A stretch of DNA of 27,320 nt, from contig JBFRWI010000015.1 of the NCBI GenBank assembly GCA_051439505.1, positions 1 through 27,320 of the forward strand, written 5' to 3'. The notes beneath the pieces are model-generated. The model did not search any database and had not been told where the DNA came from. It was given only the letters and a program-made list of their open reading frames with translations. The translations under genes were made by a program, and so were the position numbers. The DNA is from Hormoscilla sp. Its GTDB lineage: Bacteria; Cyanobacteriota; Cyanobacteriia; Cyanobacteriales; Desertifilaceae. The number at the start of each line of letters is the position of its first letter. Within the stretch, counting starts at the first letter, position 1. Shown here piece after piece: positions 8,236 through 17,326 of the stretch.

Positions 8236-11200
8236 GGTAAGCCTTGGCAGATGAAGGCCCCCCAGTATTGGGGCGAGGCAAAGGGTTTTTCTCCAAACTC
8301 TTTCAGCTTCTCTTGCCTCTGGCTGATTTTCTCGGCTACTATCAATAGCTTACGCCATTCTTCTCTGCTGGTTTTTTTGACTTCATCCGCCCTTTGTTCG
8401 ACGGCGCGTTCGGCTTCCGAGATCATCTCTTGCACTTCGGACTGGGTCAGGATACGCAGTTGCTGTTGCGCTTTTTGCAAGGCTTCCGGACGACTCAGGG
8501 GTGGGGAGGTGGCAGAACCTTTGCGATATTGGTGGTAGTAGATGGAAAATATCGCTGTGGCTAAGTCGTCTACTGCCCACAAGGTACTAATGACGCTTCT
8601 GACTCCCGCACATAAAAATCCAATTCCTATGGTCAGAATGTCATCAGTTATATTCCCTAATCCGAGATTGGTTTCGCAGCAGGAGAGAAAGACTTCCTCC
8701 AGGTGGGGAACTCGCCATCCGGGGGTGAGCATTTGCCCCAGGGTGATTTTCCCATCTGCTAAGGTGAGGGCTGATTCCAGGGGGTTGTCGATGCGAGATT
8801 GGGCGTGGTGGGTAGAGAGGAGACTGCTAACCTGCTGCAATAGCTTCTGGTATTCGCTGACTTTGGCTTTTTCGCCTTTGAGTCGCCGCGCGTCTGGGAT
8901 GTCATACAGTTGCGCCACGGTTTGGGCTTCCCAGTTGGTCAAGGGGAGGTCGTTTTTGGTATCTTCTACGATGCCCATTGTCAGGGATCCCCCTAAATCC
9001 CCCTTGGAAAGGGGGACTTGAGTTTGAGATCCCCCTAAATCCCCCTTAGAAAGGGGGACTTGACCGGTCCCCCCCTTTCTAAGGGGGGCTAGGGGGGATC
9101 TCTTTTGGTGGCAAAAGTCGAGGATTTGGCAACTGGGAAGGGTGCGGATGAGAAATTTATCGCCCAGGTATTCGTCCTCGCCGAGGGGTAAGGCGGCAAA
9201 GGGAATCTGATGCAGATAAATGTGAGGGATAAGGATGAGTTCGCTGATGCCTTCCAGGTGCTGGGCGATTAAGTCGTTGAGATGCAACCGCTGGGATAGT
9301 TCCCTGAGGATGCTAGTTATCTGCTGTTTCCAGGTTTCCTTCTCATGGCAATAAGGTATTAACCAGTTCTGCCATAGCCACTTTTGCAGGGTTCCCCATC
9401 CTTGTTTGGTGCAGGTGTGGCAGGTAATCTGGTTCTGACGCAGGATGAAGATGTGGGTGTGGTCATTCGTGGTGTAGAAACTGAGAATAGCGGTGGTAGG
9501 TTGGTGGATGAGGCTTCGCAGTTGGGTAAAGTTGAGATGCAGTCCTGCTATGGCGGGGTCGAGTTTGTAGAGTTGTTGCCGCAGTTGCAGTTTCTCGGCT
9601 TCTAAGGCGGCAATCTCTTCATTGCGGGCTGCTAAAGCCGCCCTGTTGCGCTTGGTGCCTCTGGTTCCTACGAGTTCTTTGTCCCCTTGAGGAGTTTCCT
9701 CTGACCGCATTCCGTCTATTTGTTGTTGCCGTTGGTTAATCGCGTCGATAATCTCCTGGATTTCTGGGGGTATCTCTCCTTTAGCATACAGGTCGTTGTG
9801 GGCGATGAGGTCGGCGAGGCGCTGGGAACGGGAACGTTCGACATATTCTAAGGCAATGTCAAGCTGTCCAGTGTTGACGCAAGCTTGTACCATGTTCTCG
9901 AAAACCCCGATTGATTCTTTTAATATTTCCTGGCGGCGTTCTTCTGTGGTCGCCCAAGCGCGACTCTTTTCTACCGCTTCGATGGCTTGGGCGTATCCTG
10001 CAATGGCTGTTTCCCAGAAGCCTGCTGTAAAAGCTATGTTGCCTAAGTTGCGTCCCGTTTGGAGACAGCCTAAGGGAAAGGCTGTGGGAGTTCGGACTGT
10101 CAGGGCATCATGGTAACATTTAATCGCCTTTTCGAGATTCTCGCTGCGCTCTCCTGCTATCCGGTCGCTGTAAGCATTACCCAGATTATTCTGAGTCATA
10201 GCCCAATCAACTGGCAAAGCTGATGGGGTGTAGACTTTCTGGGCATCATGGTAACAAAATATCGCCCTTTCTCGATTCTCGCTGCGCTCTCCTGCTATCC
10301 GGTCAGAGTAAGCATTCCCCAGATTATTCTGAGTAGCTGCCCAATCAACTGGAAATGCTTCAGATGTTCTGACTTTCAGGGCATCATGGTAACAGGCGAT
10401 CGCCTTTTCGAGATTCTCGCTGCGCTCTCCTGCTATACGTTCATAGTAAGCAGTACCCAGATTATTCTGAGTCATAGCCCAATCAACTGGCAAGGCTGAT
10501 GGGGGGGTGTAGACTTTCAGGGCTTCCTGGTAACATTTAATCGCCCTTTCGAGATTCTCGCTGCCCTCTCCTGCTATCCGGTAGCTGTAAGCAATACCCA
10601 GATTATTCTGAGTCATAGCCCAATCAACTGGCAAGGCTGATGGGGTATAGACTTTCAGGGCATCATGGTAACAGGCGATCGCCCTTTCTATATTCTCGCT
10701 GCGCTCTCCTGCTATCCGGTATAGGTAAGCATTCCCCAGATTATTCTGAGTACCTGCCCATTGGACTGGAAAGGCTTCAGATGTGCTGACTTTCAGGGCT
10801 TCATGGTAACATTTAATCGCCCTTTCGAGATTCTCGCTGCGCTCTCCTGCTATGCGGTCTTTGTAAGCAATACCCAGATTATTCTGAGTCGTTGCCCATT
10901 CTTGGGGAAATTCTTCTGGAGGGAAAACAGTAAGGCAAATTTCATAACCACCTATGGCAATCTCTAGATTCATCGCCCGATCGCCCAAGGGAAACTGACA
11001 CATCAGGTTACTGAAATTAACAATATCTGCTGCAATGCCTCGTGCTGTTTCCGGTTCCCTCTGTTGTAGGGTTTCTCCGAAGTATTGCAATACCCGCCAC
11101 AAGTTAGTATCCAGTTTATCCAAGTTTTGTTGCAGCAGAGGGAACACCGCCTCTGGCGTGGGGTTTTGTCTTACCGCCTGCAACACCTCCATCAAGAAAT

Positions 11201-11435
11201 TCCAATAGTCTTCCCAGGTAGGTGAAGCTGCTAGTCGTGTGGCAAATTCGCGTAACCAACTAGCATTGGGATCTCTCTCCTCCGCCATCTGTGCCGCTAC
11301 CTGTTCCATCACCTGCACCAACCCCGAATCTACCAAGTCTGGGCGTGCTTGCAATATCTCTATTCGTTGCTCTGGGGGGCATTGGAGCAGGGCGTCAATT
11401 AGATTTCGATAGGCATCAATGCGTTGTTCGTCCAT
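8232..11435 (-). CDS. TPR-repeat + CHAT domain protein (caspase/HetF-like protease)
   Basis: Six near-identical 46-aa repeats WAxTQNNLGxAY..AIxCY..AL; CHAT motifs ELILIPH..LHQIPFAAL, STHHA (His), VFLSCCET (Cys), VISTLWAVDD, PFASPQYWGAF. Probable start MDEQRIDAY at 11435; the ORF track extends to 11624. Confidence 0.92.
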   Translation of the reverse strand: MDEQRIDAYRNLIDALLQCPPEQRIEILQARPDLVDSGLVQVMEQVAAQMAEERDPNASWLREFATRLAASPTWEDYWNFLMEVLQAVRQNPTPEAVFPLLQQNLDKLDTNLWRVLQYFGETLQQREPETARGIAADIVNFSNLMCQFPLGDRAMNLEIAIGGYEICLTVFPPEEFPQEWATTQNNLGIAYKDRIAGERSENLERAIKCYHEALKVSTSEAFPVQWAGTQNNLGNAYLYRIAGERSENIERAIACYHDALKVYTPSALPVDWAMTQNNLGIAYSYRIAGEGSENLERAIKCYQEALKVYTPPSALPVDWAMTQNNLGTAYYERIAGERSENLEKAIACYHDALKVRTSEAFPVDWAATQNNLGNAYSDRIAGERSENRERAIFCYHDAQKVYTPSALPVDWAMTQNNLGNAYSDRIAGERSENLEKAIKCYHDALTVRTPTAFPLGCLQTGRNLGNIAFTAGFWETAIAGYAQAIEAVEKSRAWATTEERRQEILKESIGVFENMVQACVNTGQLDIALEYVERSRSQRLADLIAHNDLYAKGEIPPEIQEIIDAINQRQQQIDGMRSEETPQGDKELVGTRGTKRNRAALAARNEEIAALEAEKLQLRQQLYKLDPAIAGLHLNFTQLRSLIHQPTTAILSFYTTNDHTHIFILRQNQITCHTCTKQGWGTLQKWLWQNWLIPYCHEKETWKQQITSILRELSQRLHLNDLIAQHLEGISELILIPHIYLHQIPFAALPLGEDEYLGDKFLIRTLPSCQILDFCHQKRSPLAPLRKGGTGQVPLSKGDLGGSQTQVPLSKGDLGGSLTMGIVEDTKNDLPLTNWEAQTVAQLYDIPDARRLKGEKAKVSEYQKLLQQVSSLLSTHHAQSRIDNPLESALTLADGKITLGQMLTPGWRVPHLEEVFLSCCETNLGLGNITDDILTIGIGFLCAGVRSVISTLWAVDDLATAIFSIYYHQYRKGSATSPPLSRPEALQKAQQQLRILTQSEVQEMISEAERAVEQRADEVKKTSREEWRKLLIVAEKISQRQEKLKEFGEKPFASPQYWGAFICQGLP
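8986..9100. repeat. GATC-bounded CCCCCTT/AAGGGGG hairpin repeat embedded in frame in the CHAT gene
   Basis: 42-bp direct repeat at 8986 and 9028 plus an inverted third hairpin; encodes RSPLAPLRKGGTGQVPLSKGDLGGSQTQVPLSKGDLGGS. Confidence 0.88.
10070..10900 (-). repeat. Intragenic TPR tandem array, 138-bp period, six copies
   Basis: CCAGATTATTCTGAGT recurs at 10181, 10319, 10457, 10598, 10736 and 10874. Confidence 0.92.
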
Positions 11436-11715
11436 ATGTGAGTACCGTGGTTTTGCTCTTATCCTGTATTCGAGCTTGCCAAAGGCATTTATGCACTTCT
11501 CCCACCAAGATATCTTATCGCCCTCGGCCTGCATGGGTTTGGAGAGCCTCCGTTCATCCCCCAGTTTACTGGTGGGGCCGGGCCTGCGGACATCACGCGA
11601 GTAGCCACCAGCAACCACCGTCACGGGCGATTATCTGCTTGACATTTCAGAGGATATGAGGAAGAATATCAGACAGGAGGGGGCGCATCCAAGCTTTGGG
11701 GGAGCAGCTCGCAGG

Positions 11716-11783
11716 GAGATTGCTTCGGGGGGTCTCCTCAATTTCCCATAAATTAATCGCTACGTACCCCCCCTCGCAATGAC
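11716..11783. repeat. REP-like element GAGATTGCTTCG..CCTCGCAATGAC
   Basis: The ends resemble a common intergenic palindromic repeat family as recalled; single copy in this window. Confidence 0.45.
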
Positions 11784-11852
11784 AAACTATATCCAAAACT
11801 TTGAAGTATTGCTTCTCCCCCAACAAGAGGATACCACAGGAGGTAAAAAAAC

Positions 11853-12149
11853 ATGCAAACTACAGAATCACCGATGCAAGTTGAATTCAGCATTCCCGTA
11901 ACAGGCATACCAGAAGCGCATCTGTTGGAGGCATATCGCAAAGCCAAAGAAGCCTTAATTATGTCGCTGTTAGAACAAGGGGATATCAGTAGCGGACGAG
12001 CAGCAAAATTGCTCTCCCTTTCCCGCTTACAGGTCTTGGACTTAATGAGCAAGTATGACATTTCACCGTTTGATGATAGCATGACATTGGCAGAATTCCA
12101 GGCCGAAGTAGCCCAAGCTGCTCGCAAGCTGGAGCAAAATAAGCAGTGA
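11853..12149 (+). CDS. UPF0175 family protein (predicted HTH antitoxin)
   Basis: LLEQGDISSGRAAKLLSLSRLQVLDLMSKYDI motif; AGGAGG RBS; 4-bp overlap with the PIN gene. Confidence 0.88.
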   Translation: MQTTESPMQVEFSIPVTGIPEAHLLEAYRKAKEALIMSLLEQGDISSGRAAKLLSLSRLQVLDLMSKYDISPFDDSMTLAEFQAEVAQAARKLEQNKQ

Positions 12150-12628
12150 TTGTTGTTTCCAATACGACGCCGTTGAGCGAACTGGCTAAAGTTGGACAGA
12201 TGAATTTGTTAGGGGATGTATTTGGAGCGGTCATTATTCCCCAAGAAGTATATGATGAGTTAACAACAGGCATGCACCCGGCAGCGACAGCAGTTAGATC
12301 GGCAAGCTGGATTTCTGTATACTCTGTCAGTGATGATGAAAAAATATCTCAGCTCCAAGCTGATACAGGTCTTGACTTGGGTGAATGTGCAGCGATTATT
12401 TTAGCTGAAGAGTTAGGGGCAGATCATCTGTTAATGGATGAACGTGCAGGACGGCGGGTAGCGACATTGAGAAACTTATCTGTCATCGGTATGGTGGGAA
12501 CCCTGCTACTGGCAAAACAGCAAGGACTAATTCCTAATGTCAAAGATATACTGGATGAGTTGATTGTACGGGGAACGCGCATTAGTCTGCGACTTTACCA
12601 ATACGCTCTCACAACGGCACAGGAGTAA
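12146..12628 (+). CDS. DUF3368 / PIN-domain protein (predicted toxin)
   Basis: MIVVSNTTPL, IPQEVYDEL, LDLGECAAI, LLMDERAGR, GMVGTLLLAK motifs. Confidence 0.9.
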   Translation: MIVVSNTTPLSELAKVGQMNLLGDVFGAVIIPQEVYDELTTGMHPAATAVRSASWISVYSVSDDEKISQLQADTGLDLGECAAIILAEELGADHLLMDERAGRRVATLRNLSVIGMVGTLLLAKQQGLIPNVKDILDELIVRGTRISLRLYQYALTTAQE

Positions 12629-12801
12629 ATTGCGATCGCCCGTTGTTCCCCGACCCGATGGCATGCGATCGCCTACCGGTACACCGACCCCATGCTCGCG
12701 CCTGCTGCTGTTACCGGTGCCTCGGTCCCAGGGTCGGTGCGGGCGGGAGTGAGGCTCGGGTTAAATTAAAAGAAAAGTCAGTAGTGGAAAGGAGAGGATA
12801 G

Positions 12802-13473
12802 ATGTCAACACAAGTATTACTGGTAGATGACGAACCGGGCGTGCGCGAGTCAGTACAAGCCTATCTAGAAGAGAGTGGTTTTACCGTTGAAGTTGCCAGC
12901 AACGCTATTGAAGGCTGGGAAAAGCTACAAAAGCTGGTACCGGAGGTAGTGATTACAGACATTATGATGCCCGAAGTAGATGGCTATCAGTTTTTGCAGC
13001 AAATGCGGGAAGACCCTCGGTTTAAGGGCTTGCCAGTGTTGTTTTTAACTGCTAAAGGCATGACCACAGACCGCATCCAAGGCTATGATGCCGGTTGTGA
13101 TGCCTACTTGCCCAAACCCTTCGATCCCGACGAGTTGGAGTCAATAGTCAAAAATCTGGTGTCACGTCGCGCCCAGATGGGTGGCACCGAACTTGATGAT
13201 ATTAAAACTCAGCTCAATCAAATTCAGGGTCTGCTTCAAAATGGAGGCGCGATCGGGCATAAGACCCCACCGATGAAATTAGACTTCACTCCCAGAGAAC
13301 AGAGCGTCTTGAACCTGGTAGTAGAGGGACTGATGAACAAGGAAATTGCCCGCCGCCTGGAAACCTCTGTACGGAATGTGGAGAAATATGTCAGCCGCTT
13401 GTTTGCCAAAACCGAGACCAACAGTCGCACAGAGTTAGTGCGCTTCGCCCTGGAACATGGGTTGACTACATAA
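12802..13473 (+). CDS. ycf29: NarL/LuxR-family response regulator Ycf29/Rre1
   Basis: Receiver domain (LLVDD, DIMMP, YLPKPF) plus LuxR HTH FTPRE..GLMNKEIARRLETSVRNVEKYVSRLF..NSRTELVRFALEHGL. Confidence 0.88.
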   Translation: MSTQVLLVDDEPGVRESVQAYLEESGFTVEVASNAIEGWEKLQKLVPEVVITDIMMPEVDGYQFLQQMREDPRFKGLPVLFLTAKGMTTDRIQGYDAGCDAYLPKPFDPDELESIVKNLVSRRAQMGGTELDDIKTQLNQIQGLLQNGGAIGHKTPPMKLDFTPREQSVLNLVVEGLMNKEIARRLETSVRNVEKYVSRLFAKTETNSRTELVRFALEHGLTT

Positions 13474-13516
13474 AACCGGGTTTCTTAATTTAAGCATCGA
13501 TCGGGTTCCTTCCCAA

Positions 13517-13726
13517 TTACTGGGAGCGATCGCCTGCCAGAATTTCTTTAATCACCCAAGCTGGCCAGGCGATCGTCATCCGCAGGTTAACTAATTTTAC
13601 ATCCTTAGGGGGTAAAGGACTAGATTCACATTCAGGCTCTTCTGGTATCTGTGAAACCAGGTTGCAAACAACGCCAGAGAACAAGTAAGCGGTTGCGGAA
13701 AATGCAAATACTACTGGGACTATCAT
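13517..13726 (-). CDS. Small hypothetical membrane protein
   Basis: 69 aa with a hydrophobic N-terminal helix and an IAWP motif; AGGAG RBS upstream of the ATG. Confidence 0.6.
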   Translation of the reverse strand: MIVPVVFAFSATAYLFSGVVCNLVSQIPEEPECESSPLPPKDVKLVNLRMTIAWPAWVIKEILAGDRSQ

Positions 13727-13888
13727 AATTAACTCCTATTCTTTGTGCTCGTGATAGCTATGACTACAATTTAGGCGATCGCACTTCCTGAATCAGCGGA
13801 TCTGGGTAAGATCCCAACACATTAAAAAAATATTAAATACTACGGAGTGCAGCGTCCCCGAAATTCTTGAGACAGTGACAAACATGGG

Positions 13889-14536
13889 TTAGCAAGCCCC
13901 CAACTGAGTAAAAACAACATTGATAGTTTTGAGAATAAGTAAGATATCATACCAGGGACTCCAATGTTTTTGGTAGTCCAGGTCTAATTCCACAACCGCT
14001 TCAAAGTCTGCGATCGCAGAACGACCGCTAACCTGCCATTTCCCCGTCAGTCCCGGTTTGACATTTAACCTTTGCCAATGACCTGTACTGTAGTGGATCA
14101 CTTCATCGGCGCTGGGGGGACGAGTGCCCACTAAACTCATTTCTCCTACCAGTACATTCCAAAACTGAGGAAATTCATCTAAGCTAGTTCGGCGCAGGAA
14201 CCGCCCCACGCGAGTCACCCGAGGGTCTTGTTTATTCTTGAAAATTGCACCGGTTGCCTGGTTGGGAATCTGCGCTTTTAGGGCCTCAGCGTTGGCCACC
14301 ATCGAGCGGAATTTACGAATTGTAAAGGGCTGTCCGTAGAGTCCGTAGCGCTGTTGGCTGAAGAAAATCGGACCCGGACTGTCCAGCTTAATGGCGATCG
14401 CCACCGGCAGAAACAGCACTGCTAGGATACTCAACCCGACTATACTACCCGCGATGTCAAGCAGGCGCTTCCAAGTGGAATCAATCGAGGGATGTCGATC
14501 CTGCTCTGTTAAAGATAATGCACTCAAATAACTCAT
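13889..14536 (-). CDS. Bacterial sugar transferase (priming phosphoglycosyltransferase)
   Basis: KRLLDI, IKLDSPGPIFF, KFRSM, DPRVTRVGRFLRRTSLDEFPQ, MSLVGTRP, KPGLTGKWQVSGRS motifs. Confidence 0.95.
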   Translation of the reverse strand: MSYLSALSLTEQDRHPSIDSTWKRLLDIAGSIVGLSILAVLFLPVAIAIKLDSPGPIFFSQQRYGLYGQPFTIRKFRSMVANAEALKAQIPNQATGAIFKNKQDPRVTRVGRFLRRTSLDEFPQFWNVLVGEMSLVGTRPPSADEVIHYSTGHWQRLNVKPGLTGKWQVSGRSAIADFEAVVELDLDYQKHWSPWYDILLILKTINVVFTQLGAC

Positions 14537-14537
14537 A

Positions 14538-15029
14538 CTACTTTCCTGCCAGGACTGACTGTCGATCGCCTAATTTTTGGCTGTCAGGTGGGTTAGACCC
14601 ACCGCTCTTTTGCCACTCTTTTGGCCGTACCGCTTGTTCCACCACTTTCACCACATTCTGCCAGGATATATCAGAGCGTCCCAGCAATTCTTTCAGTTCT
14701 TGCAAAGCTGCTTCCGCTTCACTCTGTTGCTGCAACGGAGTCGAGAAAGCCTTATTTTTTCGTTGCGCCGCCCTGATGCCCCTGCTGGCCGCTTGAGCCA
14801 GCAGATCCGCAGACTTTTCTCTCATCCGGTTTTGTTGCCAATGCCATCCTTCTTCCGTGGTCGAATACAGACTAGGCAAGCGATTCAGCGCGTATGCGAT
14901 CGCATCGGCCTTATTAATTAACTTGACCACATCCCCTGGCATCCTCTCTAGCTGCCGGTCAATTTCTTCTGCTGCTAGGGGTTCCATTGCATTGCGATAG
15001 TTCGCTCCTACTGATTTTTTTTTCATCAT
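14538..15029 (-). CDS. Late competence development ComFB family protein
   Basis: YRNAMEPLAAEEIDRQL..ADAIAYALNRLPSLYSTTEEGW ComFB signature; C-terminal LKELL..ISWQNV motif. Confidence 0.82.
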   Translation of the reverse strand: MMKKKSVGANYRNAMEPLAAEEIDRQLERMPGDVVKLINKADAIAYALNRLPSLYSTTEEGWHWQQNRMREKSADLLAQAASRGIRAAQRKNKAFSTPLQQQSEAEAALQELKELLGRSDISWQNVVKVVEQAVRPKEWQKSGGSNPPDSQKLGDRQSVLAGK

Positions 15030-15130
15030 CCCTTTTTTCCATTCAAAATGCCAACATTTAAGATTTATTTAACAATCTCTACTCGACCCAATCTATGCTA
15101 CCTGGTAACTGTCAAGAGTGAAGAGAGTTG

Positions 15131-15361
15131 TTAGGGAAGTGTCAGCGCGTTTAATTTATCCTTCGCGAGCCACTGACGGCCTAATTCGAGAGATTCTTGC
15201 TTGACTTTACCATCCATCACCGCCCACTGCAATTCCATAAAAGCCTGGAAGTCTTCCAAGCCATATTTACCGTCCAAAAGCCGTTGCAGTTGATATTCTG
15301 TTTCTCGGGAAATATAACCGGCTTTGAGGGTATTTTTGACAATTTCGCTAATTTTATCCAT
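15131..15361 (-). CDS. Conserved small cyanobacterial hypothetical protein
   Basis: 76 aa; ISEIV..LKAGYIS..E.QL..LQ.AVM.GKVKQES resembles small proteins recalled as neighbours of ComFB genes. Confidence 0.7.
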   Translation of the reverse strand: MDKISEIVKNTLKAGYISRETEYQLQRLLDGKYGLEDFQAFMELQWAVMDGKVKQESLELGRQWLAKDKLNALTLP

Positions 15362-15420
15362 TTTGGCGGTAGTGGTAACTTCGAGGGTATGAAGGGCGAT
15401 CGGGGTCTGAGAATGCCTTC

Positions 15421-16285
15421 TTCTATTTATTACTCTTGCCCTACCCTCCCTTTTGTTACAAAAAACAGCTAATCTTTACAAAACTTGACAATAAGCTGGG
15501 CTGGGTTGAGAGGCCAACCCCTTTAAGAACTGGCGAATCGTGAACTTTTCGCCAATACTTTCGCGATCTAGTTGTCACAGAAGATCGGCATCGGTTATGA
15601 CCGGCTCAAGTCGGGCAACGGTCCTTCCCGGCGCGACTTCTATTTCTTAACTCTTGCCAACCCCTCCCTTTTGTTACGAGAAACAGCTAATCGTTACAAA
15701 ACTTCACAATTAGCCCGTCGCCCATAACCGGCGATTACCCTCACCCACGGGGAGATGATCTATGAGAAAAGGCATTGCGAACATGAGGAACTGGCGCTAA
15801 CCAGCAGGCATTTCGCCTTTAGTCAGTTATCTCCCGTTCATGCAACCTTTTCGCCTCTCGATCATTTTTCTTTCCTTTGTTGCCAGCAATAGGCTTTCTT
15901 CGATCTGAAGAAGGGCGTGGCAGACCTGAAGGGTTCCGTAGATCTGCTACACGCTTCGGAAGGAAGTGCGATCGCGTTCCAATTGCTTGGCACGTGACCT
16001 ATTCCTTACTCAAGCCAAACCCCCTCTTCCGTTACCAGAAACAGATTATTGTGACAAAACTTTACAATCAGACCGGTGGTAAGCGCTTTGCCTTGACTAC
16101 AAACGGGGATGGCCTGCTGAAGAAAAAGGCGTCGCCCCAGAACGGTTCTGTCCCACGGCCACGCCACTATTCGCAAGTGAGCGATCGCGTCCAGACTTGG
16201 TTCGATCGCTGCCTCCTATTTCTTACTCTTGTCCTACCTCGCCTTTTGTTACCAGAAACCGAAAATTGTCACAAAATAATTCCCG
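15421..16285 (-). promoter_or_regulatory. Four co-oriented copies of a ~72-bp motif (15421-15492, 15638-15710, 15997-16068, 16214-16285)
   Basis: Plus-strand consensus CTATTtcTTACTCttGcc-pyrimidine run-TTttGTTACcAGAAACaG..AATnGTnACAAAAcTTnACAAT; regulatory role inferred. Confidence 0.8.
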
Positions 16286-16511
16286 CCGCCACCGGGTTTC
16301 TGGGTTACAGGCGATCGGCGATACAACAATGCACCCAGTAGTAACCGGCGTCGGAGCGGATGTACTAGCAAGCAGAGCCCTCAGCGCCATCCGTAATTTC
16401 CCAGTAATTTTCCCCAAGGTGATATGGAAATCCACGGAAACGGGTATTATTTATTTAACGCCAGGAATAGCACCGAATTATCCAGAATCTGTTTTTGATG
16501 GAGTAGGGAAA

Positions 16512-17135
16512 ATGTACTTATCCCAAGAAGATTTATTCAATCAGCGACTGCGACACCTAGTCAAAGAAGCCCAGAGTCATAAACCCATGACTAAAAGAAG
16601 GCAGCTGGCTTTAGAAAGGCTAATTCGCGAAGTTCAGAAATCTCCCCAGTTCTACCGCCCCCCGAGCAGAGGACTTTCTCCTGCTGCCGCTCGCGAGATA
16701 TATCAAGAAGCCTCACAAGAACTTTGGTTTCAAATTTGTCGCGGAATAGATAATTACCAGTCCCAAAAAGGCGAGGTAATAGCATGGATTAATGAGCATT
16801 TTCGTTGGCGATTCAAGGATGCAGTTACTGCATGGAAAAAGAAAAAATATGTAGATCTAGATCCGGAAACAGTGATGCAAACTACAGAGACGCCAAGCTT
16901 AATGGATCGATTGAGAGATCTGATTGCAGAAGACCCGGATGGCATTTTTCGGCAGACACATATAACAGACCATCCCGAGGCCAACTTTCAAGCCTTGGCA
17001 CTCCGATGGCTTGAGGGCCAATCATGGGAACAAATGACCGCTGAATTGGGTATTAAGAGCGTAACCCTGAGACAATTTTACCGTCGTCAATTAAAGAAAT
17101 TAGTCCAAAAATTAAGAGAAGATTTGCAAGCATAA
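16512..17135 (+). CDS. Sigma-70-like (ECF-sized) regulator
   Basis: IYQEASQELWFQICRGIDNY..VIAWIN..RWRFKD (region-2-like); EDPDGIFRQTHITDHPEANFQ..GQSWEQMTAELGIKSVTLRQFYRR (region-4 HTH). Probable start ATG 16512 with GGAG upstream. Confidence 0.82.
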   Translation: MYLSQEDLFNQRLRHLVKEAQSHKPMTKRRQLALERLIREVQKSPQFYRPPSRGLSPAAAREIYQEASQELWFQICRGIDNYQSQKGEVIAWINEHFRWRFKDAVTAWKKKKYVDLDPETVMQTTETPSLMDRLRDLIAEDPDGIFRQTHITDHPEANFQALALRWLEGQSWEQMTAELGIKSVTLRQFYRRQLKKLVQKLREDLQA

Positions 17136-17326
17136 AAATTCGGAAGTATTGAGAATTGTTAATCACCTCTGCCCTCAATACTTCTCGGTTAGCAACCTGT
17201 CCGGAGCGATAATACGCGCCGCGTGGGGGACTCCTAGCGCCAGTCACCGGTCGCGGCCAGACCGGGGAACAGCAACAGCTCTGCCGAGCGGAAGAAATTT
17301 CGCTAGCTGCAAAGCCCTATAGGGTA

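Noticed and set aside
11436..11624. N-terminal extension of the TPR-CHAT ORF
   Set aside because: Non-ATG start and unstructured sequence; the family-typical start is MDEQR at 11435.
15421..16285. CRISPR-like repeat/spacer array
   Set aside because: Repeats are ~72 bp, degenerate and non-palindromic, with gaps of ~145-290 bp; better read as regulatory motifs.
16197..16511. 105-aa N-terminal extension of the sigma-like ORF, and ORF 15877-16341
   Set aside because: These are translations through the non-coding 72-bp motif; there is an ATG with RBS at 16512 where protein-like sequence starts.
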